A stretch of DNA of 64,000 nucleotides from Vicugna vicugna (lineage: Eukaryota). Location: positions 1,798,001 to 1,862,000 of the forward strand of contig MU058636.1 in the NCBI GenBank assembly GCA_013265495.1, in the 5' to 3' direction. The translations under genes and the position numbers were made by a program. Below the pieces are notes generated by a model. That model worked only from the letters and a program-made list of their open reading frames with translations, was not told the origin of the DNA and searched no databases. Shown piece by piece: positions 37,521 to 48,900 of this stretch (the stretch's first letter is position 1; each line of letters begins with the position of its first letter).

Positions 37521-38397
37521 CTGGACATGGAAAGGTAGAGGAAAAAAGGAGATGGTGAAGAAGGTGTCAAAGAAAAAGGGACTGTGCTCAGCACGAGCAC
37601 CAGTACCTCCTTCTCCAGCGAAAGAAGTGCCCTCGGACCTGAGCGACTCCAGCCCTTCGCACAGCCTGTCCCAGGCTGTCCACTGGAGTGGGGGGGGGGC
37701 ATTTCCAAGCCCCATTCAGCCTCAAAAGAGAAGAGCCTCCCTCCCTCCTGTTCCCCAGGTTTCGTTCCAAGGCAGCCTTTATCTATAACTTTACTGGAAA
37801 AGTTCAGAGTCTTAGAACCAATGGAAACAGAAACTGCCAGGCCCTTTCCACACCAAGCAAGAGGAAGCCAGTGCAGAAGTGCTTCAAAATGACAACCTTT
37901 GGCCTCTCATAGCTAAACTGAAATGTAATATTCCTCACCTTGGAGCTGAGAGTGAATTTTAATGTGGGGCTTCCTGGCTGTGAGTTTGACCTGTTTTTTT
38001 CCCAGATCATATAGAGAATTCATGCGCCAAGCCTCACCTTCTAGTTTTTATGGGCAGGGATTAGGGTCTTATACTAATTTTGCCCCCAGGATAGTGCTGG
38101 ATCCAAAGAGTAAGTCTTTAAGTTTCTATTAACACAAACAGAATTCTAGGTCACACTAGACTCAGTTTTTTCTTGTACCTCCCAGATCTCCCAAAACAGA
38201 AAAAAAAAAGTATCCAACAACATCCAAAAAAGACAACTAGAGGTGGAAGAAGCCTTCTAAAAGAGCATCTGGGAAGAAAATACCCTCCATCCTCTTGCTT
38301 TAATCTGCCCACAGAACTAGGTGGATTCTGGGACCTGGCTTCTAATCCTCCCCGCGGGACTCCCCAGGGCAGTGACCAGGCGCTGGAGGGGTCTCAC

Positions 38398-38543
38398 CTG
38401 CCTCTCCGAGAGCCCCAGCGTGGCGGCCAGTTCGGCTTTCCTCCGGATGGTGATGTAGCGACTGTAGTGAAACTCCTTCTCCAGCTCCAAACGCTGGTGG
38501 TCCGTGTATACGACTCGGTATTTGTCTTTCGTCCTGGTTTTCA
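38398..38543 (-). CDS. CDX2: CDX2 coding exon 2 (homeodomain helices 1-2)
   Basis: Acceptor CACAG|TG, donor CAG|GTGAGA, 146 nt. Encodes (V)[48 protein letters not shown]. Confidence 0.98.
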
Positions 38544-39030
38544 CTGTGGAGGAAGGAGAAGTTAGCGCTGAGAACTGCAAGGCAGCCCATCAGTCATGGG
38601 TAATGACAAACCTCCCTAACCAAGGGCCATTTCTCTTCCTCTGCCGCCCTGGGGGGCCAGGGTTTGGCTGTTTCCTGCTGAGTCTGACAAGACCCCCCCA
38701 GAGGGTCCTGAGGGGAGGGTGTGGGGCTATCCTAGACAGCTAAATCAGTCTTGGGATTAAATAGTTTTCTAAAATTAAGAAAAACTAAAAATTCATACAC
38801 ACAGAAGATAGCAGAACCCCACTACCATTTTTGTAAATCAAACATCCTGGAGTTGGTGAGGCCCAAAGGGAAAAAGGGTAGAAGAGAGTCACCACAGTCT
38901 TGAGGATATTCAGATATTCAGGCTTTTTAGGGAAGTCCACCCTAAAAACAGCTGGGATGGTGGGTATGGGTGTGTATGTTACTTTGTTTTATTAGAAATG
39001 GAAAGGGGGTGGCTTCCCTCAAGTCACCAG

Positions 39031-39032
<2 letters not shown>

Positions 39033-39065
<33 letters not shown>

Positions 39066-39075
39066 CACACACACA
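39033..39075. repeat. (CA)n microsatellite in CDX2 intron 1
   Basis: Directly visible, with one interruption. Confidence 0.9.
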
Positions 39076-41189
39076 CCGCTCACCAGGCCTATCGGGTGGA
39101 ATTCAAAGCCGGGGTCTGGCAGGCAGATAATCCCTCTCGCTGGGGACACTGTATACCTGGCTAAACCTGGTTTGGCATTTGGCATTCTTTCTTTTTTAAT
39201 CCTCCATTTATTTCTGCTGCAAACCCTGCCAGAGCTATCCTGACCAGAGATCTATGCTCATTGGATTGAGTCAACATATTAAACCTTGGATTGATTGTTT
39301 TACTGAAGGGCCTTGACAAATAGTCCAACGCAGTCAGAGCAGGCCCGAGCCTGGCGTCTCCACCAGGTCTGTCCCGGGTCAGCCCTTGGCAGACCTGGGA
39401 GAGGAGCTGTTCTCTCCCGCGCGGCCCCAGGTCGGGGTCTTCTCCCAGCAGAACAGGTTCAATCGCGCGGCGCTCAGTGCTACAGGAAGATCTAAAGGGT
39501 CTGAGAGTTGCTTGGAGGTGTTTAATACCCCGCAGGCCGACTTTGTTCAGGTAAAACTCTTTGCAAACCACAACAAAAGCGCCCTGGGAGGATACAGGCG
39601 GGATCAGAGGAGGCTCCCCCGAGCCGCTGAAAGGAGAACACAGTCGCAAACAATGCAGGACAAGGCGATCTTATCAAAGAAAAGCCCTTTCAATGCCTTA
39701 ATAACAACCGCATTCTGTTTGAATTACCACTACTGAGCAAATGGCGGCCCGGCTTTCATCCCCCTCCCCGCCAGGCGCATTAACATCAACACGGTCGGCA
39801 GGCGCATTTGAATGGGCGCAGCGGCCCCGACCCCGCGCCTGCGAAGACAGTAAAGGGAACCGGCACGTCCTGAGAGCCTGCGCTGCCGCCTCCAACCCAC
39901 TCGAGCTGCCAGTGGTGGCGGCCGCTTTTTACGGAGGAGGAAACTGAGAATCAGACTAGGTCACACAGACAGTATAAAGCGGGGCTGGCACCGGAGCCAG
40001 GTTGGAGCCACAAAAGACACCTCCGGGGCTGAAGAGCCAGACGCAAAATTCTCCGAGCCGAATTCTCTATTAGTGATATTCGCCTTGTGGGTGTTTGGGA
40101 GCGGCTCTGGCTCGGGGGCTGCCCTTTCAGTATCCCGGAGGGGCCAGAGCGCGCGGTGACCAGGACCTCTGTGCGCTCTGCAGCCCGCGCCCCAAGGGCC
40201 TTGGAGGCGCCCCGCACCCCCTGGGAACCAAGGAGGGGGTTGGAGGAGGGGAGAGATGAGAGGGACTTGTCAGAATTCATTATTGACTGCGAAAGTCACC
40301 ACCCTCTTTCCGGGCCCTAAAAGAGACAATGGCAGGGCTGGGAAGGTGTATATCAAAGCGGGAGGCTGGGAAGGTGTATATCAAAGCGGGTCGGGCCGAG
40401 TACCCCCAGCCCCCCCCCCGCCCCTTGACAGATGACACTCCGCAGAGGAGTCCGGCTCCGGCCCGCGGGCCGCGGCCTCCCCACATTAACATCACAAGGG
40501 CGCCCGGCGCCGACTGCGGGCTTGCCACCTCTGCGAGGGACATCACAGCGGCCTCTCATCTGCCTGGGCTCCTGCGGCTCCCCTCCCTCCCCCCTGCCCG
40601 GCCACAGCTCCATAGACACTACCCCGAGACGCCAAAGGTCTCCCTTAGGCCGCCCCGGGACCCGCCAGCTGCTCCTCGGGCGGGCTCTGTGGAAAAGGGT
40701 GTCCCTTGGGAGCGCACTCTGTACAGAGAGGGCGCCTCCTCTTAGGAAAGGGACCCAGCCGAGGGTCCAGGTTGGCCCTGAAGCCTTCTCCCAGGGAGGC
40801 TGTATTTCCCACCCGGTCGGTCTCAGCATGTGCCCAGTGACGCAAAAACTGATGCCCAGAGACAGCCCCCAACGGCTGCTCTGATTTATACGGCTGTAAT
40901 TGGCTATAAACCTCTGCAAAGTGGCCATAACCTGCATGCAGGCCGGGCTGGGCTAGAAAGGAGGGAAGAGGAAAAAGCGGAAGTGCGGAGGGCTGGGAAA
41001 GATTCCATGGAGTAAAAGGGGGAGCCATCAGGACTCTCCCAACACACCTATTGAACTTCCTTCCCACCTTGACACACATTATCACATCGGAAGGGGCAGA
41101 CCCGGAACCTAGAGCCCCCACAGTCCGGCAAACCTAGGATCTTTGCAGAGACATCTCTGGAGCAAGCTTCTTGAACGTATACGCTCGCT

Positions 41190-41200
41190 CGCGCGCGCGA

Positions 41201-41231
<31 letters not shown>
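41190..41231. repeat. (CG)n-(CA)n alternating purine-pyrimidine tract in CDX2 intron 1
   Basis: CGCGCGCGCGAACACACAC... directly visible. Confidence 0.85.
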
Positions 41232-41233
<2 letters not shown>

Positions 41234-42037
41234 ATCCTGGCAAGGAGGGTTCCGGAGAAATGATCCCTGTCTGGAGCAGCGGCCGAATTCCCACCACCAC
41301 TTCCTCCCCTTCTTCCTCTGCAGACACGAAGGAACTCCCAGGGCATCTTGTCCTAGTCCTCCAGGTTTTGATTGAAATAATCCCTTTGCAGATCAAAGGT
41401 TCAAGATTGGGGTGCCCCCCTTCCTTTAGCTCCTGGGGCTAACACCTTCTTTCCAGCTGCAGCGACTTTGCCGGTTCTCCCTAGGCGCTGGAGCTCCGAT
41501 TCCTGAAGTTGGATCTAATGGCCAAACCTGGTGCCACGCGCAGCCTCGCCGCCTCCTGGCCCCCAGGCCACCACTCTTCCCAAGTGGCTCCGACGCGGGA
41601 GGAGGATGTGCACAGTTGGTCTAGAGCCCGGCCCGATGGAGGTGCTGGGAAGCTGCGGCGCACCGAGCGAGTGGCAGCATGTGGGGAGGGCATCCCCACT
41701 CCCGTGCAGCCAAGCTCCGCCGACATTCCCGGGAGTCTCCCGGGAGTGTTCGGACGTTATGAATGAGGGACCGCTGGAAAGAGGAAGCCTCTCCTCTGCC
41801 CTAAACTGAACGTGGCTCGTGAGACCAAAATACTCACTCCCAACTTCCATCAGCCCAGACTCAGGGATTAGAGAAGCTCCGGAGGCCGGAGCCCCGACTC
41901 TGTCGCCCCGCCCCCCTGGCCCGGAGTCCCCACACCGCCCCGGATGGCGGTCGGCCCTGGACACGCGCGGCCCCGCAGCCGGCGGCTAGGACCGCGCCTT
42001 TCCGGGCGCCCGCCGGCGGGGCGCCGCCGCCGCTTAC

Positions 42038-42578
42038 CTTGGCTGCCGAGCGACTGCTGCGCGGGCTTCCGCATCCACTCGCACAGGTTCCGCCGCTGGC
42101 CGCCGGGGGACAGCTGCTCGGCGGCGGCGGTGGCGGCGGGCCCGGGGGGGCCGGGGTTGAGCGTCTGCAGCAAGCCCGAGGCGCAGGAGGGCGCAGCGGC
42201 CGGGTGGTGCGGGTGGTGGTGCGGGTGGTGATGCGGGTGATAGTCAGCGGGGCTGCTGTAGCCCATGGCGGCGGCCGGGGAGCCCCCGTTGAGGCCGTGC
42301 GCCACGGCGTTGGCGGCGGCCGCCGCGCCCCCCGGCCCGTAGCCGTTCCAGTCCTCGCGGAGCGGGGCGCCGTACGCGGCCGGCCAGGACGGCCCCGGGG
42401 ACTGCGCGCTGTCCAAGTTCGCGGCGGCAGCGGCCGCGGCCGCCACGTGGTAGCCGCCGTAGTCCGGGTACTGCGGGGGACTGACGAAGTTCTGCGGGGC
42501 CAGGTTGAGGCCGCCAGAGTGGCGCACGGAGCTGGGATACATGCTCACGTCCTTGTCCAGGAGGTAGCTCACGTACAT
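42038..42578 (-). CDS. CDX2: CDX2 coding exon 1 (complement join 42038..42578,38398..38543,37281..37520; 308 aa)
   Basis: Kozak GCCACCATG. Encodes [40 protein letters not shown]...poly-Ala, His-rich...[15 protein letters not shown]. Donor AAG|GTAAGC. 541+146+240 = 927 nt. Confidence 0.98.
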
Positions 42579-42819
42579 GGTGGCGAGGGCCCGACAGCAA
42601 ACCTCACCATGCTGCCTGGGGACGGACGCTGGAGGCTGCTGGGGGCCGCGATGGGGAAGGGTCGAGGGGGCACAGGAACAGCGGGTGGCTGCGCCCCAGA
42701 CCGCGGTGCTCCGCCGGCTCCTCGCGGCGCTTCTGCCTCTGAGGCGGTCCCTCCCTCTGGCCTGCCTCCTCCCTCCCTCCCTCCCTCCCTCTCTTCCTTC
42801 TTTCCTCCCACCTCCTTCC

Positions 42820-43280
42820 CACTAGGCTGCAGAGGCGGGGAAGACCCGCCACAAGCTGGCGTGCGGAGCCCCAGGCCGGCGGCCTTACGTGATTAACGAG
42901 TGTTTACAAGACTCTATTAGTAATGACACAGACACCAATGGCTGGAGACGTCGAGGCGCAGCGCGCACCCGGCGCGCAACCCCCCGAAACATGATTTGCA
43001 TTTTAAAAGATAAGGAGGGGGAGCTCGCGAGAGGGCAACGACCCATCACAGCTAAATATTCAAACCTTTATTGTTAAGAGCTTCCTCCTTCCAACCTGGT
43101 GCTCTTTAACCTCCAATCACAGGTTCAAAGAATGAAATCAAGAGACTTGCAAAAGAGAAGGGGAAAGAGCTATCTTGGTGGGAATCTTAGTTTAGAGACG
43201 ACGTGTTTACGCTTTTGCAGGAAAAGCTCCTTCCCTCCCAAAGAGAAAAGAAAAGGGAGACCATTGCTTTGATGACAACG
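42820..43280 (-). promoter_or_regulatory. CDX2: CDX2 promoter (octamer, CRE-like, CCAAT, CDX and TCF/LEF motifs)
   Basis: TTACGTGA and GACGTC CRE-like cores, CCAAT, octamer ATTTGCAT (42994-43001), TTTATTG (43067-43073), TCF motifs TTCAAAG (43124-43130) and CTTTGAT (43267-43273). Confidence 0.7.
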
Positions 43281-46200
43281 TTTCTGGCCAACTTGGGAGG
43301 TGACGAGGAGGGCCAGGAGAAATGGGCCGGTTTCTTCACGCTCTGTGCCTCTGGTCAAAACGACTGCGCACCCTGAACAACTGTCACCGCTAGTCATTTA
43401 TTTTTTTTCCCCAAGGAAACTGCTTGCCCTTCACACGAGATAACCTAAGACTGTAGCTACAGGTTGCATCTCTGAGTTCATCTCACATTTGGGATTTAAT
43501 TTGAATTAAAGCAATTAATTTTTAAAAAACATTTACACGCAAGATTCAAAAGTCTTGACTGCAAACCAAGGAGCCAGTGGGAGAAGTCAAGCTACTGGAG
43601 GGCGGTAATGGAGGGGTGCAGGACAGCTTCCTACAGAGCTTGTAACATACTGTTTCTTGAGCAGGGTGCTGATACACGGCGTCTGGTGTTTGTGAAAGTT
43701 CAGCGAGTTACACATGTATGTTTATCACACTTAAATACGAGGTCAAAAATCAACGAAAACGGAGTCTAGAATTTCTGCTAGTAGGTCTTTATATGTTGTC
43801 ATGATTAATAAAAGCTTAAAAACACTTTGTCATTTGCGAAGTAAAACATTCTTTGGAGAAAATTGTTTTTCATCTCCAGGGCATGTGTAGGAAACCCGGG
43901 GCCATCACTAAGGATTGCTTCTGAAAAGCACCGAGTGGGGAAGGATCGAGAAAGGATCCTCCTTGGTTTTTGAAGCACAGTGTCCCAGGGGCCAGGGCTG
44001 GCAGTGGTGACTTGGGACTCTGTGTTGCTCAGCCTGGCTCGGGACCTGCCACCAGGGACAGGAGCGCAGGGCGACTAGATTCGGCTCCGGAGGCGCCCAT
44101 CTCGGTTGTGCGGCAGCGGGGAGTGGGTCCGCGGTCGTCGTCTGCCTTCTCTCTCAAACCCAGACGGCGCTGCCCGACTCGGATCTGACGATTGCGGCGG
44201 CCAGGGCCGCGGGCGGCGCAGGCTGGCTGGTTGGCTTTGAGCGCTCTAGGAACCAGCGGTGCGCTGCCACTCTCCTCCCGGTCTGCCCCTGTCGGTTCTC
44301 ACTGGCCAGCGCTCTCTGGCATTTGTCACTTCATCTCATCATCTCTGGAGCTGCTTCCAGTGTCCTTTATCTCCCTAGACCCTCACTTCTCCCTGGATGG
44401 GGAATAAATGGGTGTTGTCATCTTCTCTGTTTTACAAGATGACATCCACCCCACTACAGAGGGCAGAGAGGCCAGGCCCAAGCAAGATCAGGGCTGTGGA
44501 CCTCCTGCTTGTGGTTCCTCCCGTCCTCGGTGTTTCCTAAAAAAGAAAGTTAAATGTAGGGGGTAGGGCAGCAAACTGGGTGCTCTAGTGGTAGAGACCA
44601 GAGCAGATCACCCTTGTGGACCTCCGGGGGCTGGCTGCATTCAGGACAGCTGAATACCATCCCTGGAGAAATAAAATAGGAAAAAATTGCAAAAAAACAA
44701 ATTACAGAATCCAAATCACTGAATGGGGATGGGGTATACAAGAGGCGGGCAGGAGTCTGCAGTCCTGATGGGTCGGGAATGTGGGAGGTTAAGTGGTGGG
44801 CACTGCAGACTTTTGATCTAGCAAACATCTTCCTCCTCTTCCTGGGAGACACAATCCCTCTTTCCGCCCCCCATAACCCCCGCCCAAGCCTCCAGCTCTG
44901 GAAGCCGAGGCCCAGGCTTGAGACTGCGTCTTCGGAATGTGGGCATTCTTTGAAACAATCACTTTATTGGGGACAGCCATCCCCTCCGCCCTGCGGTGGC
45001 CGCTTCCTGCGTTTTTATGGCTCGGCCGCCGGGCTGCTGGCTAATTGTCCGGGTTTTCCAGCTGTGTCTCTGTGCTCTGCCCTGGAGAAAGGGCTCTGGC
45101 CTGCCTGTCCGAATGCTTTGGGAGCGGCCAGGGTTGATCTGGCCCCAGGGGTCACACCAGGCCCCAGAGCTGGCCAGAACTCATCGAAGCCTACTGGTCA
45201 CTTGGGGTTTGGAGTGTGAGGGCTGGGGAAGGGACATTGATCAGTTTCCTCCATGAAAAATGGGCCCCTCATGGCAGTAGCACGGCCCCACCCATAGTCC
45301 TGGGGTCTGAGGTCTTTGGTGAGGGGAAAGGAGCCAATGATGATGTACTTGGACAAGCTCCTTGCAGCGGAGGTGTCCCCTCGCATCTGGGTGGCCCTCT
45401 CAGCCAAGAGAGGGTCCATGCGGGTTCCTGCAGGCTCAGGGCAGCAGGAGCAGTCAGAGAGGGGTGGAAGGTGGCTCCGGGAAGGAAGCCTGGGTGTCTT
45501 TTCATTCTGATGGTGTAGCCTCCGCCAGCTCTTTGCTGGGTGCCTACCCCCTGGAAACCCGCTCTGGTCAGGGGGTCAGTGGGTGGGAGGTGCTCCTCCA
45601 GCCTCTGGGTGCAGGTGTGTGTCCCTGGGATGATGCAGATGACACCTGCAACAGGGCCCCAAGCAGAGTGTTCTCAGCCCTAAACCCAAAGTGCTTGGTG
45701 GCTTTTTAAAGAAACTTGTGGCCTGAGCAGAGAACTATCTTGGATGATCATCCCCAACCTCCACTGCTCAAGGCTTTCTTCCAGCCAGTACCTCTGCCTC
45801 CAAAGAAGCCTTCAGCAAGTTGCTCTGGAGGAGGAAACCCTGTTCTGGAAGCTTGGGGCTGGAGTTGGGCTGCAGCTGAAGCTGTGACCCCCCGTGGAGC
45901 CAAAGCTGGAGAGGGCTATTAAGAGAAGAAAGAGACCCAGGTAAATAAAGCGTCAGGAAGACTCCAGGAGCAGCCATGACTTGGTTATCAAAGGGATGTC
46001 TCTTTGTTACTGACAGTGTAGAGGCCATGCCACATTTCTCAGAGAGGGTCAGGGCTTCCGGGATCCCGGCTGCTGGCAAGGGCAGGCACATGAGTGAGGT
46101 GGGGACCGGGAGGCGCCGGAAGGGGCGGGCTGCTCCTCCTGGCAGATGAGACACTCCTTGAATCCACAGATCATTGACAGGGCTCCCTCCCTGCTCAAAG

Positions 46201-48279
46201 GTCCCCAGTGTTTGCTCCAGCTTGGGGGACCCTGCTTGCCACCAATATTCATGGTTCCTGGAACTGGGGCTCCTGTGACCCTTGGAACCCAGATAGGACA
46301 GGCGGTCTACATCCATCTCAGCATGCAAGTCTACTTTCTGAATTCCTTTTAGATCAAGGAAATTATCCAAACAGTGCAGCTCTTGAAGGCGCCCTTTTCT
46401 CTCCTGCACAGGAAATCTTCACCCTGCATTGACCTGAGTTTCCAGGATAATTCAGAAAGAGTGAGGAGGAAGAGAGTGTTGTCTGATAAAGTGGTTCAGC
46501 TTGGCAGTCTACACTGCTGTGGAAAAATGACTCAATCTTTACTTAATTTGGAGTTAGGGAGTTCTTCAGTCATTACACTCAATCAGCAATGCCCCACACA
46601 AAGGAAGGCTCTATAATGGGTGATTTGACCCCAACCAACCCTGCCCGGCCACAACCCACTCAGCTAACGTCTCTGGGAAGAAAATCGATCACAGTGTCCT
46701 TTCTGTGGGGCCTCCCCAGAGTCCATGGCCTGCTTAGCCCTGTCAGATCACAATGGAGCCCAACGTGTTCACCCTGAACAGCACGGAGGGGCCGCAGCTG
46801 CCCATAGCTGCCCAGGCTTCATTTACAGGAGCAGATGTGGCTCCGCCCAGTGGACAAGAATGTTTCCCCCCAAGCAAACTGAGTGTCCAGTCCTCTCCAC
46901 CTGAGAAAAAGCTCCTGAAATTGTGGGAGGTCACTGGTGGACTAGAATTTTAATACTCGGGGTGCAGGAGAGTGGGGGAAATACTACGCTTTCTGATCCA
47001 GAGCAAGGAATACTTCTTTTCTGCTCGAAGCTGAATCAAGGAAAATAAAAATCCTCAGGAGGGGGGCTGATATTTGGGTGCAGAAATCTAGTTTTTGTCA
47101 GTGGCTGACAGTTATGAAAATAAATAGTGGTTGCTCATTTTCTTCCCCTTTTTTTTTTCTAAAATCAGTCTGTGGACGCAGTGCGGGTATTGGATAACAG
47201 ACTCATTCTCTGTGATGAATGAGCACAGAGAATGATTTAAAAGCCCAAGGAGTGCGTGGGGCCTCACCTCATAGAGACCCCCTTGATGCCGGGGAGGACC
47301 AGGCCCTAAGGCCAGCAACAGCTAAAGTTATCATGTCACATGGCTTTGGCATGGAGTTACCATTTGGTCACTCACCAGTGTCTCATACTTAGAGTGTCCT
47401 TTGTTTGTCATGAAAATGTGTTCCTAGGAAGCCCTACACAGTAGCCTTATGCGGCTGAGGGAAGGGGCTCAGACAAAGGTTCAGCTCTCCTGGAGTCACT
47501 GGGCCCACTGGGAAGCTATTCTCCCTAGAGAGGAGGCAGAGGACTTAGTGTCCGGTTATCCCTTCCACTTTACAAAGGAGAAATCTGAAGCCCAGAGAGG
47601 TTGGGTGATGTTCCCAAGGTTGCACAGCTAGCTGTCCCAGTCACTAACATTAAATGAGCTACTCTAGGTGTGTTCTTTGCCACCCATAGCACCCTGTACA
47701 GATGTTAATGATTACTAAGGCTGCTGGTGCCACCCTGGAAACACTGCCTCCCCAACCCAAAACCAACTGATGTCATTGCCCACATCCAAACTCCCCACTC
47801 CACGCCGCATACCAAATAGTACCAGAACAATGGAGCTCAGCTGTGGCGACAATTCTGCCTGCTTTCCCCGTCCTATTTATTTCTACCTTTCACAGGCACC
47901 TGCTAACTGCAGTTTGTTAGTTTATTGAATGGCGAGTTTTCCATAAATTCCACTCCAGATTTTTCTTCAGTTGCCAAAGAAGGTACCCATCTCCTTTTGT
48001 CCCACAGTAAATTACTTTCTGAAAAAGAACTCATCTTGGTTTTTGAATCGGAATTCATATTCTGTGACAGATCTCTGGAGATGTGTCAAATTTAAAACGA
48101 GTAAAAGTTATGCGAAGAAACTGGGTTGTCTTTTTGCCCCTTGTCTACTTCCGGTGTCAGTGTCCGTGCCATCTTTTGGACGCACAGATCAAAAAGCCCA
48201 CCTGTCCGGGAGAAGAAAAGGAGGCCCCCATTCCGTTTGCCGGTAACATAGGTGAATGGGACTGGGCTCAGGAAACCCT

Positions 48280-48900
48280 AGCGCGAGCGCTCTCGGGGGC
48301 GCTCAGCTCGGAGACTCGCCGGCTGGGCTTGGCCATTTTAAGGGGGAGTGAAAGTCGGCGAAGCGACCCCCCACCTCGGAAGGCAGCGTGCATGGAGGGG
48401 TTGAAGGGTTACGGAAACTGAAATCAGCTCGTAGCTCTCCAATTCTTCTTAGAGTTGCCGTCGTGCTTTATAAACGAATTAGTACGTACGGTGTTAGTTA
48501 TTTACCCTGGACTCTGCACCCACCGCTTCTGCGCCCCCGGACATCTCTGAGCAGCTCAGGGCCACCCCGCCGCCCCCGCTCGTGCGCACGCCGAGGCTGC
48601 AGTAGGGGCCGCGGTCCCCGTCGTCGGGGTTCGTCTCCCGCATCCTGCGCATCGGAGCGCGGAAACCAGAAAACATCTCCGAGGCCGGCAGAAGCCCAGG
48701 GCGTGTCGCTGTTTGAGCCCAGAAGTGACTGGAGAAAACTGCCTTACCAGACCCCGGCAGCCTCAGGTGACCCGCCCGCACGAGGAGCACCACCTCGCCT
48801 CTGCTCCTACCGAGAAGGAAGCAGCAGCCCTTGGGGGCTTCTGCCAGGGTCTTCCCAGCCGGCGCCCAGGTCTGTGTCCCGCGCCCGCCCCTGCGTCTGC
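48280..48900. other. CpG island between CDX2 and URAD
   Basis: CpG-dense, with an internal AT-rich CDX-like motif CTTTATAAAC. Confidence 0.6.

Noticed and set aside
42601..42610. Donor-like ATG|GTGAGG and GAG|GTTTGC right after the CDX2 upstream AUG, and TAC|GTGAGC after the main ATG
   Set aside because: Joined to exon 2 they give ATG-TGA or an out-of-frame product. Only CAT|GTACGT restores the homeodomain frame.
42039..42896. 285-aa plus-strand ORF antisense to CDX2 exon 1
   Set aside because: Shadow frame of a GC-rich coding exon.
45768..46409. 213-aa minus-strand ORF upstream of CDX2
   Set aside because: I recognise no homology and see no convincing promoter or splice structure. BLASTP and PhyloCSF would be needed to revive it.
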